Shown one piece after another: positions 27,213 to 36,188 of a DNA stretch of 64,000 nucleotides. Numbering within the stretch: the first letter of the stretch is position 1; the number at the start of each line of letters is the position of its first letter. Source of the DNA: Pirellulales bacterium (GTDB taxonomy: Bacteria > Planctomycetota > Planctomycetia > Pirellulales > UBA1268); contig JBAVTF010000137.1 of the NCBI GenBank assembly GCA_049695995.1, positions 107 through 64,106 of the forward strand, written 5' to 3'. Below the pieces are notes generated by a model, which was given only the letters and a program-made list of their open reading frames with translations, ran no database searches and was not told where the DNA came from. Both the position numbers and the translations under genes were made by a program.

Positions 27213-29669
27213 TCACTCGATCGGTTCGAGGGCGCCGTGGCCGAGGATGAACTTTCGGGTGCCGGCGGGGCCGGAGAAAATCACCGTGCCGACGGCACGG
27301 GGGCCGGTGCCGCTGATGCCGGCGATCACGCCCTCGCCGTATTCCGCATGTCGCACCCGCTGGCCCGTGTCGAACGACAGGGTTCGCGGCCCCTGCCCCG
27401 CCATGCGGGCGGCGAGATCGGCGGCCGTTTCGAACGCTGTCGGCCGCGACCGGCGATTCTCCCGCGGCCGTGACTGGAGCCGCTCCACCTCGTCGGCATC
27501 TTCGACTTCGAGCACGAGGCCATCCTGACGGGCCACGCTCGTGCCGGCCGGGCGACGGTGGCCCGCGACCTGCGCGTCGTCGGCGAACTCGTCGCCACGG
27601 GCCGCATCGCCGAAGGGATCGAAGACGACGCTTCCGCGCGGTGGCGCCTCGGCGCCCGTCACTTCCGTTTCGCTGCCGGTCATCTCCGTGAGAAAGAGGC
27701 TCGGTGCCGCGATCCGGCGGGTGCCGCGGTAGTCGCGGATCCGCCCGCAGCTCACGCAGACCTCTTCCTTGCCGCGGGTGATGCCCACGAACACGAGCCG
27801 CCGCTCCTCCTCCAATTGATCGGGATGGTCGAGGCTGCGTTCGTGCGGGAGGATGCCGTCTTCGAGCGCCACGAGATAGACGACGGGAAACTCGAGCCCC
27901 TTCGCGGCATGGAAGGTCATCAGGGCCACTCGGTCGCCCGAGGGATCCCAGGCGTCCGTGTCGGCGACGAGCGCGGTCATCTCGAGGAAGCCGCCCAGTG
28001 CATCGCCGTCATCAAACGGCGCCGTCGCCCGCGTGGCTGCGTCATCGTCGAACTGACGGGCAGCCGTGAGGAGTTCCTCGACGTTCGCCAGGCGATCCTG
28101 CCCCTCCTCGTCCTCCTCCCCCTCCTCCTCGAGCATCCGCCGATAGCCGCTCTTGTCGAGTACGGCCGCGAGGAGCGGTGCCACTCCCGGCTCACGCCCG
28201 TGCAGGGCGGTGAGCTCGGCATGAAGGCGGGCGAAATCGACGAGGGCCTTCGAGGCCCGCTTCGAGATGCCCTCGATCTGCGCCGCCTCGGCCGCGGCCT
28301 CCACCACCGGCAGCCGCCGCTGTTCGGCCCAGGCCGCGAGCCGGTCGAGCGACTGCCGGCCGATGCCCCGGGTCGGCACGTTGATCACCCGGTAGAGTGC
28401 CTCGTCGTCACGTGGGTTACGGATCAGCCGCAGCCAGGCCACGACGTCGCGCACCTCCCGCCGCTTGAAGAACTCGAGTCCGCGGACAAGCTGATAGGGA
28501 ATGCCACGGCCGCGGAGTGCCACTTCGAGCGACCGCGACAGGGCGTTGGTTCGGAACAGGATCGCGAAGTCGCGGGGCCACCGCCGCCCGGTCGCGATGG
28601 CCGCAGCGATCTCCGTAGCGACGCGGTCGGCCTCGTCGTGCCCGGAGGCATCGAGCACGATCCGCACCGGCGCGCCCGGCGGCGCGTCGGTGACGAGCCG
28701 CTTCGGCTTCCGCCGTGAGTTGTGGGCGATGAGGCGGTCGGCCGTGCCGAGGATGTTGGCGGTGCTGCGATAGTTGTGCTCGAGCTTCACCACGGTCGCG
28801 GCCGGATAGTCTCGCTCGAACTCGAGGATGTTGCGGATGCTCGCCCCGCGCCAGCCGTAGATCGCCTGGTCGGGATCACCGGTCACGGCGAGATGCGGGT
28901 GGTCGATCGACAGGCCGCGCAGGATGCAATACTGCACGGCATTGGTGTCTTGATACTCGTCGACGAGGATGAACCGGTGCCGGGCATCGAGCTGCGCCCG
29001 CAGGTCCGGGGCATCGGCCAGCAGCCGAGCCACGTGCACCAAGAGATCGTCGAAGTCGACCGCGTTCGACTGGAGAAGAAGTTCCTGGTAGACCGGCCAG
29101 ACGCGGCGGGCCACCTCCTCGACCGGACGGCCCCAGCGGGGCTCGAACGTCTCGGGCGTCAGCAGGTCGTTCTTGGCGCGGCTGATCACTCCCGCCAGCC
29201 GGTCGACCGGCACGTGTGACAGGGCAAGGCCGAGTTTTTTTGCCGCCCGCTTGAGCACCGCGCCGGCGTCGTCGGGATCGAGAATCGAGTAGTCGCTGGT
29301 GAGGCCGACGAGCCGCGCATGGCGGCGCAAGAGGCGGGCGGCGAAGCGGTGGAACGTGCCCATCTCGACTGGCTGCGGCCCGACCATTTCCGTCAGCCTG
29401 CGACGCATCTCGTCGGCCGCCTTGTTGGTGAACGAGAGGGCCACGATCTGGTCGGGGCGGATGCCTGCGGAGATAAGATGGGCCACGCGATGCGTGACCA
29501 CCCGCGTCTTGCCGCTGCCAGGGCCTGCTAGCACGAGCAGCGGTCCCTCGACGTGCGTGGCCGCTCGCCGCTGGCTGTCATTGAGGCTGTCGAACGAGGA
29601 AAGCTGCACGATTTGCGGGCCCGAAACAGGCGGTACGGGCCGCGCGGACCACGCCGCGTCGAGAATCAT
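27213..29669 (-). CDS. uvrD: ATP-dependent DNA helicase UvrD/PcrA family
   Basis: 818 aa. SF1 motifs LVLAGPGSGKTRV, VDEYQDTN, GDPDQAIYGWRGA, YRST, TFHAAKGLEFPVV and VGITRG. C-terminal Tudor-like segment RVRHAEYGEGVI. Confidence 0.9.
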   Translation of the reverse strand: MILDAAWSARPVPPVSGPQIVQLSSFDSLNDSQRRAATHVEGPLLVLAGPGSGKTRVVTHRVAHLISAGIRPDQIVALSFTNKAADEMRRRLTEMVGPQPVEMGTFHRFAARLLRRHARLVGLTSDYSILDPDDAGAVLKRAAKKLGLALSHVPVDRLAGVISRAKNDLLTPETFEPRWGRPVEEVARRVWPVYQELLLQSNAVDFDDLLVHVARLLADAPDLRAQLDARHRFILVDEYQDTNAVQYCILRGLSIDHPHLAVTGDPDQAIYGWRGASIRNILEFERDYPAATVVKLEHNYRSTANILGTADRLIAHNSRRKPKRLVTDAPPGAPVRIVLDASGHDEADRVATEIAAAIATGRRWPRDFAILFRTNALSRSLEVALRGRGIPYQLVRGLEFFKRREVRDVVAWLRLIRNPRDDEALYRVINVPTRGIGRQSLDRLAAWAEQRRLPVVEAAAEAAQIEGISKRASKALVDFARLHAELTALHGREPGVAPLLAAVLDKSGYRRMLEEEGEEDEEGQDRLANVEELLTAARQFDDDAATRATAPFDDGDALGGFLEMTALVADTDAWDPSGDRVALMTFHAAKGLEFPVVYLVALEDGILPHERSLDHPDQLEEERRLVFVGITRGKEEVCVSCGRIRDYRGTRRIAAPSLFLTEMTGSETEVTGAEAPPRGSVVFDPFGDAARGDEFADDAQVAGHRRPAGTSVARQDGLVLEVEDADEVERLQSRPRENRRSRPTAFETAADLAARMAGQGPRTLSFDTGQRVRHAEYGEGVIAGISGTGPRAVGTVIFSGPAGTRKFILGHGALEPIE

Positions 29670-29703
29670 GCCACCGCACGAGTGGCCCGTTTTCCGTCGA
29701 CTT

Positions 29704-29712
29704 GATTATATT
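29704..29712 (+). promoter_or_regulatory. AT-rich GATTATATT box (candidate -10 region)
   Basis: In the 112-nt divergent gap between uvrD and the alpha-CTD-like gene. The identical 9-mer recurs at 55978-55986 in another divergent gap. AT-rich 9-mers look rare in this GC-rich window. Confidence 0.25.
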
Positions 29713-29781
29713 CCCATTGAGCTGATCTCGGCCGAACACGGCCGACGGCCCACCACACACACGACGCGAGGGAGGGACCCC

Positions 29782-30087
29782 ATGCCGCGGATACCGTACA
29801 AGAACCTGATGCAGTCGGATGAAATGGCGGAGAAACTCGAGATGAGCACGGCCGAGATCGGCCTGTCGGTCCGCACGACCAACTGCCTGGAGGAGCGGGG
29901 CATCTTCACCGTGCACGACCTGCTCAACTGCACCCGGGCCGACCTGCTCTCGATCTCGAATTTCGGAGAGAAGACGCTGGAAGAGGTCTACAAGTCCCTG
30001 GAGAAGATCGGGTTCTTTCGGTCCCAGCAGTCGGCGTCGTCTCTCGCGATGAACACCACGGCGACGGAACCCGTCGGCCAGGCATGA
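29782..30087 (+). CDS. standalone RNA polymerase alpha-subunit C-terminal-domain-like protein
   Basis: 101 aa. GGAGGGA at 29771-29777. The segment EIGLSVRTTNCLEERGIFTVHDLLNCTRADLLSISNFGEKTLEEVYKSLEKIG matches the alpha-CTD helix-hairpin-helix pattern (LSVRxxNCL...L...NFGxKSL.E). No alpha-NTD is present. Confidence 0.7.
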   Translation: MPRIPYKNLMQSDEMAEKLEMSTAEIGLSVRTTNCLEERGIFTVHDLLNCTRADLLSISNFGEKTLEEVYKSLEKIGFFRSQQSASSLAMNTTATEPVGQA

Positions 30088-30105
30088 CCTGAAGCGGGAG
30101 CGATC

Positions 30106-31452
30106 GTGAGGCTGCCCCGCATCTTCGGCAAAAAACGTGGCCACCGGCGCACGGGCTCCAAGGCATGGGGTTCCTTTGGCGACGGCGTGTTCCATGGAGC
30201 GCTCGTCTGCGCCGGGGTCGTGTTCGGGGCGCTCTTGATCTCCGGCGTCGCCGTTCCGGAGTGGCGGATCAATCACGACTTCGTCGAGTCGCGCGGCCGC
30301 GTGCTTGGCAAGGGCCTCGTGAAGCGGACCATCGACGACCCGCTCGCCGCGGCCAGCACGACGTGGCGGTCCACGCTGCATGTGCGGTACGACGTCGCCG
30401 GGACGACCCGCGAGGCCTGGACGCGCTCCCAGCCATCGACAGGCGTGCCCGACCGTGCCGCCGCAGCGGCACGGCTTACCAACTGGAAACTCGGCAGCGA
30501 GGTGCCGCTCTGGTACGACCCGGCGGATCCCACGGCCGTCGTGCTCGAGCGCGGCTACAACTGGTGGATGTGGCTGCTCGCGCTCCTCTTGCCGGGAGCG
30601 CTGATCGCGTTCGGTGGCGCGGGGCTCACGCGGGCGGTGCGGCGGTGGGGCCGATCCGAAGAGGCGCTGGCGGCGGCAACCGGCATCCCGGGCCTGCTCG
30701 GTCCGCGGGCACCGGTTTCCACCTCAGCGGCTGATCTCGCCGGACTGCCCTCCTGCGACGACCTCGTCAACTCGCCGGGTACTCAATTGCGGTATCGACT
30801 GCCCTTGGAAAGTCCGGAGAACTGGACGCTTCTCGGGCTCGGGCTGTTTGCGACTTTCTGGAATGCCGTGCTGCTCGTGCTCGCCGTAGGGGCCGGCCTC
30901 GAATTCACGAGCGGCCGAGTTGACTGGCTGCTCATCGCGTTGCTCGTGCCCTTCATCGCTGTGGGTGGCGCGGCGATCGCGCTGGTTGTCCGGGGGTTGG
31001 TGCTCTCCGCCGCGGTGGGCACGACCCAACTGGAGATTTCCGATCACCCGCTCGTGCCGGGTGGCACGTACGACGTGCTCCTCGCGCAGGGGGGATCAGG
31101 CAGGATCCATCGGCTGACACTCGCGCTCGAACTCGTCGAGCAGGCGACGTTTCGCCAGGGCACCGACGCCCGCACCGAGAGCCTCGTCGTCTGGAGGCGG
31201 CAGTTCGACACCTGGTCCGATGTGGCGCTCCTGCCCGGCGCTCGGTTCGAGGTGCGGTCGACGATCACGATCCCGAGTGATGCCATGCATTCGTTCGCCT
31301 CCGAACACAACGCTGTTCGCTGGCGGCTCGTCGTGCACGGAGTGCCTGCCCGCTGGCCGGCGTTTCTGCGGGTGTTTCCCCTGGCGGTCTATCCCGGCCT
31401 CACCTCGAGCCCTCGCGAAATGCCGCGGCCAGTGCGGAAGGTGATGGCATGA
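30106..31452 (+). CDS. multi-TM protein: N-terminal DUF3592-like domain plus C-terminal arrestin/Spo0M-like beta-sandwich
   Basis: GTG 30106 preceded by GGGAG. A TM helix, then a roughly 100-aa segment ending LWYDPADP (DUF3592-like), then 3 more TM helices. The C-terminal region is LEISDHPLVPGGTYDVLL...IPSDAMHSFASEHNAVRWRLVVHG. Confidence 0.65.
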   Translation: MRLPRIFGKKRGHRRTGSKAWGSFGDGVFHGALVCAGVVFGALLISGVAVPEWRINHDFVESRGRVLGKGLVKRTIDDPLAAASTTWRSTLHVRYDVAGTTREAWTRSQPSTGVPDRAAAAARLTNWKLGSEVPLWYDPADPTAVVLERGYNWWMWLLALLLPGALIAFGGAGLTRAVRRWGRSEEALAAATGIPGLLGPRAPVSTSAADLAGLPSCDDLVNSPGTQLRYRLPLESPENWTLLGLGLFATFWNAVLLVLAVGAGLEFTSGRVDWLLIALLVPFIAVGGAAIALVVRGLVLSAAVGTTQLEISDHPLVPGGTYDVLLAQGGSGRIHRLTLALELVEQATFRQGTDARTESLVVWRRQFDTWSDVALLPGARFEVRSTITIPSDAMHSFASEHNAVRWRLVVHGVPARWPAFLRVFPLAVYPGLTSSPREMPRPVRKVMA

Positions 31453-31862
31453 GTACCGGGGGAGAGTTGCCACGGCATGGGCCGCACATCGACGTGCAGT
31501 TCGATCACCCTGACCGGGGCTATGCACCGGGTGACTCGCTGCGGGTGCGATATGACGTGTATGGCCTTGGGAGCGAAAGACTGCGGGCCGTGGAGCACTC
31601 GGTGCTCTGGTACACGGAAGGCAAGGGCGAAGAGGATCTCTGGGTTCATTTCTTCGAGCGGACAGCCAAGCCCGACGCGACGGGCGCTTTCACGGTCATG
31701 CTGCCGCAGAGCCCGCTGTCGTACGAGGGGGTAATCGTGAAGATCCGCTGGTGCGCCCGCGTGCGGATCTTCTTCCAGGGCGGCAGGGACTTCGTGTCGG
31801 AGCATGTGTTCGACGTCGGCCGGGTGCCGCCCGCCCGCATGCCCCAGGCAGCCACGTCGTGA
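31449..31862 (+). CDS. small arrestin/Spo0M-like beta-sandwich protein
   Basis: ATG overlaps the upstream stop (ATGA). IDVQFDHPDRGYAPGDSLRVRYDV...LPQSPLSYEGVIVKIRWCARVRIF repeats the logic of the upstream C-terminal domain. Confidence 0.6.
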   Translation: MSTGGELPRHGPHIDVQFDHPDRGYAPGDSLRVRYDVYGLGSERLRAVEHSVLWYTEGKGEEDLWVHFFERTAKPDATGAFTVMLPQSPLSYEGVIVKIRWCARVRIFFQGGRDFVSEHVFDVGRVPPARMPQAATS

Positions 31863-32464
31863 GCAGCCGCCTGCCACGGCCGGTTCCCAATCCATTCGCC
31901 ACGCGGCATACACAGCCTGGGTGCGTGCCACCGCTCGACGCCGCCGGCCAGCCTGTCGATCTGGCCGGCTTGCTCTCCCGACTGCGGCAGCACGGCCGGT
32001 GCGGCGCCATCGTCGGCCCGCATGGGAGCGGCAAGACGAACCTGCTCGCCCACCTCGCGGCGGCACTGGCTGCTCACGAAGGCAGCCTCGGACCGCTCCG
32101 CGCCCGATCCCTTCGGGACAGACTCGGCATCCTGCGATCCATCCTTACGGCGGCCGCCGGCACGGTCGTCTGCATCGACAGCTGGGAGCAGCTGGGGCCG
32201 GCAGGCCGGCTCGCCGTGCGGGCGCTGGCAGCGTGGCGGAGGTGTGGGCTCCTGGTCACCAGCCATGTACCCACGGCGCTGCCGACGCTCGTGGAGTGTT
32301 GCACCAGCCCGGAAATTCTCGCCGCGGTCATCGCCGTGCTCCCCGATGCGGGCGGCAGTATCGCCCAGGCCGATCTCGAAGACGCGTTTACCCGCCACGG
32401 CGGCAACCTCCGCGACGCCCTCGCGGATCTCTACGACCGCTTCGAATCCCGCCGCTTCCACTAA
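31859..32464 (+). CDS. minimal P-loop NTPase (AAA-like)
   Basis: GTG 31859 overlaps the upstream stop (GTGA). Walker A GPHGSGKTN, Walker-B-like VVCIDSWEQL, and then LLVTSH. About 201 aa. Confidence 0.6.
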   Translation: MSSRLPRPVPNPFATRHTQPGCVPPLDAAGQPVDLAGLLSRLRQHGRCGAIVGPHGSGKTNLLAHLAAALAAHEGSLGPLRARSLRDRLGILRSILTAAAGTVVCIDSWEQLGPAGRLAVRALAAWRRCGLLVTSHVPTALPTLVECCTSPEILAAVIAVLPDAGGSIAQADLEDAFTRHGGNLRDALADLYDRFESRRFH

Positions 32465-32494
32465 AAGCCCCTGGGCGCAAGCCGGGGAATCTTT

Positions 32495-32535
32495 CCGCCG
32501 CGAGATCCCCTCGCTGGCGCTCTGGGCTTATGTGT
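32495..32535 (-). repeat. short intergenic repeat, family 3, copy 2 (inverted)
   Basis: GCCGCGAGATCCCCTCGCTGGCGCTCTGGGCTTATGT. Flanked by imperfect direct repeats AAAGCCCCTGGGCGCAAGCCGGGG (32463-) and AAAGCCCCCAGGCACGAGTCGGGGG (32546-). Confidence 0.6.
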
Positions 32536-32774
32536 ATCCCCCATGAAAGCCCCCAGGCACGAGTCGGGGGATCCAGCCGCGCAAGCGTCGGCAACTCCGA
32601 ATCGAATTCCGCTGGTACCAGCCGTAACGGTCGTAGGGGCCGGCTGCGTCGAATTCATGATTTGCAGCTGATTTTTTCCGGCGAGCCGCGCCGTCGCGCA
32701 ACCTAGGCTAGGAATGTCCGCAATCCGCCCGGAGGCCGCCGCCGGATCGCTGGATCGAATCGGAGGAGAGAGCG

Positions 32775-33872
32775 ATGAAGACGCTTCGACTGATCACCGC
32801 GATGCTGCTGGCGACCGCCTGTTCGGTGGCAATGCCCGGCGCGTGCGTCGCCCAGGCACAGTGCTGCCTCAGCGAGCTATTCGCCGGCTGCGGCACATGC
32901 TTCAAAAAGGCGCCGGTGTACGCCGTGGCCCCCGTCATGGCTCCGGTGGCAGCCCCGGTCGTGGCGCCAGTGCCGGCCCCGCCGCCTCCGGTGATGGTGC
33001 CGATGCAACAGACGAGCTACGTGCCGGAAACCACCTACCGCACGCAGTATCAGTGCGTGCCCGTCACCACCTACAAGCCGTCGTGCGAGATCGACCCCTG
33101 CACGGGCTGCCCCCAGGAGTGCATGCAGCCGGTCACGCAGTACGTGCAGCAGGCCGTAAATGTGCCGGTGACGCAGTACCGTGCCGTCACGACCACGAAG
33201 TACGTACAGATGCAGCCCGGCTACGCTGCGCCGACAGGCTATGCCGCCCCCGCCATGACCACCGCACCTGCCCCGGCCGCCAGCCCCTTCGCGGCGCCGA
33301 TCCAGACGACGCCCCAGGCATGGGGTGCGGCCGGCGCCGACGTGCCCCAGCAGCTGATCCCTGGTCAGCCCGCAGCAGCACCCCCGGCCCTCCCGCCGGC
33401 CGGCTACGCCACACCCACGTTTCAGCAGCCCCAGCCGATCGTCCCGCAGAGTGGCACGACGCTCATGCCCGCAGCTCCCTCCCAGCAGCAGCTGCAGGCC
33501 ACGCAGCCGCCGGCTCTGGCCCCAACCCCGTCGCTGAAGCCAATCCCCGATCTGCAGAAGACCTACGGCAACGGAAATGGCAATGACGTGCCTGCGACGC
33601 AGGCCCCGGCTGCGCCGCAGTTGCCGGCTGCCCCGTACGCCCCCATCAATCCTCCGGCCCTTACGCCGGCGCCAAGCGGCACCGCGCCGGCCCAGCCCTC
33701 GGCCACCGGTACCAACGGCATGCCGGTACTCCCCGGCTCCGGCCCCGGCGCCGCCACCCGCGCCTTCCCCCGTCTGCTCGAGCCGACGAGCCACACCACC
33801 TCGTGGCAGCCCGCCACGGTGGGCCCGCGCTACCCGACCGCCGCCCTGCCGACCACGCTCGGCACCCGATAA
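32775..33872 (+). CDS. secreted Pro/Ala/Gln-rich protein with Cys-rich N-terminal module
   Basis: GGAGGAGAG RBS. Signal peptide MKTLRLITAMLLATACSVA. Cys cluster (QCCLSELFAGCGTCF, CEIDPCTGCPQEC). Repeated VP(V)T(T/Q)Y(K/R) motifs. Then about 230 aa of P/A/Q low-complexity sequence. Confidence 0.65.
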   Translation: MKTLRLITAMLLATACSVAMPGACVAQAQCCLSELFAGCGTCFKKAPVYAVAPVMAPVAAPVVAPVPAPPPPVMVPMQQTSYVPETTYRTQYQCVPVTTYKPSCEIDPCTGCPQECMQPVTQYVQQAVNVPVTQYRAVTTTKYVQMQPGYAAPTGYAAPAMTTAPAPAASPFAAPIQTTPQAWGAAGADVPQQLIPGQPAAAPPALPPAGYATPTFQQPQPIVPQSGTTLMPAAPSQQQLQATQPPALAPTPSLKPIPDLQKTYGNGNGNDVPATQAPAAPQLPAAPYAPINPPALTPAPSGTAPAQPSATGTNGMPVLPGSGPGAATRAFPRLLEPTSHTTSWQPATVGPRYPTAALPTTLGTR

Positions 33873-33993
33873 AAACCCACCGAGCTGGCAGCGGGTTGCC
33901 CACTGCGGAATCGACGGGTCTGCGGTATGCAGACCTGGCGCCGCATGCGGACGACGGCGCAAGAGTTTGGACGACGGCTGCCGCCCAAAACGT

Positions 33994-34141
33994 CGTGAGG
34001 GGCTGCCCGTGCCCCCGGAGCCGGCGTATGCCGCCGAGCGCAGGCAGGATGCCGAAGCGAAGGCGGCATCCGAGCGAGCGCAGGGCATGGATGCCCGTAG
34101 CGAGCGTCCGGCGACGGGGCATGGGCAGCCCCGAACCCACG
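33994..34141 (+). repeat. MITE-like intergenic element, family 1, copy 3
   Basis: CGTGAGGGGCTGCCCGTGCCCC...CGTAGCGAGCGTCCGGCGACGGGGCATGGGCAGCCCCGAACCCACG. Terminal inverted repeats GGGGCTGCCC(G/A)TGCCCC. Lies in the gap before polX. Confidence 0.8.
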
Positions 34142-34210
34142 CCACAGGAGACCGCCCCGCGGAGGAATAGACCTGCTGCGTTAGGATGAGAGGCTCGCGA
34201 GCCGCTCCTT

Positions 34211-35980
34211 ATGACGAATGCCGACATCGCCGCCGTCTTCGACCACGTCGCCGACCTCCTGGAGTTTCAGGGGGGCAACGTGTTTCGCGTGCGTGCCTAT
34301 CGTAACGCCGCCCGAATGATCGGCGGCATGGTGGAATCGCTGGCATCGGTACGGGCCGACCCGGCCAGAGCCCTGACCGACCTCGAGGGCATCGGCGCTG
34401 ATCTGGCGGGCAAGGTCGAGGTCCTACTCGACACGGGCAAACTGCCGCTGCTCGCGGAGCTCGAGCGGCAGGTGCCGGCCGTCGTGTTCGAGCTGATGCG
34501 TGTGCCCGGGCTCGGCCCCAAGAAGGTGAAGCTGCTCGTCGATGAGTTGGGGATCGATTCGCTCGACGCGTTGGAGCAGGCCTGCCGCAACGGCCGGGTG
34601 CAGCAAGTGAAGGGATTCGGCGCCAAGACGCAGGCCGCGATCCTCGACAACATCGCCTTCGCCAAAAACCCAGAGCATGCCCGCCTGCTCTGGAACGAGG
34701 CCGACTCGATCATGCAGTCGCTGCTTGCCTGGATGCGCGAGTGCCCGGCCGTGCGGCAGATGGAGGGGGCGGGCAGCTGGCGGCGCGGACGCGAGACGGT
34801 GGGCGACCTCGACCTCGTCGTCGACAGCGACGCCGCCGCGGCCGTCATGGACCACCTGCACCGCTGGAAGGAGACATCGACCGTGCTACTGCGCGGCGAG
34901 ACGAAGACGAGTATCCGCGGGCCGCGGGACGTGCAGATCGACCTACGAGTCGTCGACCACGGCTCGTTCGGCGCGGCGTTGCAGTACTTCACGGGCTCGA
35001 AGGACCACAACGTGAAGCTCCGAGGCCGCGCCCGTGACCAGCGGCTCACCATCAACGAATACGGCGTGTTCGAACTGCGGCCCGATGGGCAAGAGACCGA
35101 CGTCCGGAAAACCGCCAGCCGGGCCGGGCGCACGGAGGCCGACGTCTACGCCGCGGTCGGCCTGCCGTGGATTCCGCCGGAGTTGCGGGAGGGAGGCGAC
35201 GAGATCCTCCGAGCCGGGCGGGGCGAGTTGCCCGAGCTCGTGACCCTCGCCGACATCCGTGGCGATCTCCACATGCATACGACGGCCACCGACGGAGAAG
35301 ACACGCTTCCCGAAATGGTCCGCGCCGCGATCGCCCGCGGGCTCTCCTACGTCGCGATCACCGATCACGGCCAGCGGGTGACGATGGCCCATGGCCTCGA
35401 CCGCACGCGGCTGCTCAGGCAGTGGGGTGAGATCGACCGCCTCAACGACGCGCTCGCGGAGGAAGGCCCGCCGCCCATCGTGGTGCTCAAGGGCATCGAG
35501 GTCGACATGCTCGAGAAGGGGGGCCTCGACCTCCCCGACGACGTGCTGGAGCAGGCCGACTGGGTCGTGGCCAGCCTCCACTACGGCCAGAACCAGCCCC
35601 GCGACCGGATCACGGCCCGCATCATCGAAGCGATCGAGAACCCGTTCGTGAGCGTGATCGGGCACCCCACGGGCCGGCTCATCAACCGGCGTCCGGCCTA
35701 TGACGTCGACATCGAAGCGGTGATCGAGGCTGCGGGCCGCACCGGCACCTTTCTCGAGATCAACGCCAACCCCTGGCGACTCGACCTCGACGACCGGCAC
35801 GCCGCCGCCGCGAAGCGTGCCGGCGTGAAGCTCGTCATCTCGACCGACGCTCATTCGACCCGCGGCCTCGACGTCATGCGGTGCGGCATCCTCCAGGCCC
35901 GCCGCGCTGGCCTCGAAGCCAGCGACATCGCCAATACCCGCACGCTCCCGCTGCTCAAGAAGCTGATGCGCCGCGTCTGA
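34211..35980 (+). CDS. polX: family X DNA polymerase with C-terminal PHP phosphoesterase domain
   Basis: The N-terminus NADIAAVFDHVADLLEFQGGNVFRVRAYRNAA (8-kDa/HhH), GSWRRGRETVGDLDLVV (the palm Asp pair), and PHP motifs DLHMHT and AITDHG. Confidence 0.9.
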   Translation: MTNADIAAVFDHVADLLEFQGGNVFRVRAYRNAARMIGGMVESLASVRADPARALTDLEGIGADLAGKVEVLLDTGKLPLLAELERQVPAVVFELMRVPGLGPKKVKLLVDELGIDSLDALEQACRNGRVQQVKGFGAKTQAAILDNIAFAKNPEHARLLWNEADSIMQSLLAWMRECPAVRQMEGAGSWRRGRETVGDLDLVVDSDAAAAVMDHLHRWKETSTVLLRGETKTSIRGPRDVQIDLRVVDHGSFGAALQYFTGSKDHNVKLRGRARDQRLTINEYGVFELRPDGQETDVRKTASRAGRTEADVYAAVGLPWIPPELREGGDEILRAGRGELPELVTLADIRGDLHMHTTATDGEDTLPEMVRAAIARGLSYVAITDHGQRVTMAHGLDRTRLLRQWGEIDRLNDALAEEGPPPIVVLKGIEVDMLEKGGLDLPDDVLEQADWVVASLHYGQNQPRDRITARIIEAIENPFVSVIGHPTGRLINRRPAYDVDIEAVIEAAGRTGTFLEINANPWRLDLDDRHAAAAKRAGVKLVISTDAHSTRGLDVMRCGILQARRAGLEASDIANTRTLPLLKKLMRRV

Positions 35981-36188
35981 TCCTCGATTGACGTTCGCAA
36001 AACTGGCACGCGATCGTGAGGAGGACGGTCGGTGAGACCGGAGGAGGAGCGCAGGGATATCCGTAGCTCTGTGCGTGCCACTGGGTATCAGGATTGCGGG
36101 AGGAATCCCGGAGCGACGACGGAGCGTCTTGCCGCCGGCCGAACCAATGTGGTCACACCGTATCCACCCTCACGCACCCGCCGACGCG

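Noticed and set aside
27213-29669. UvrD-family helicase as part of a defence system (Gabija-like)
   Set aside because: Its size, its full set of SF1 motifs and its C-terminal Tudor-like tail fit housekeeping UvrD/PcrA. There is no OLD-family ATPase or nuclease partner, and the adjacent operon is divergently transcribed.
32877-34145. 422-aa minus-strand ORF
   Set aside because: Antisense to the signal-peptide-bearing P/A/Q-rich protein, and it extends into the family-1 repeat. The composition is Arg/Gly-rich junk.
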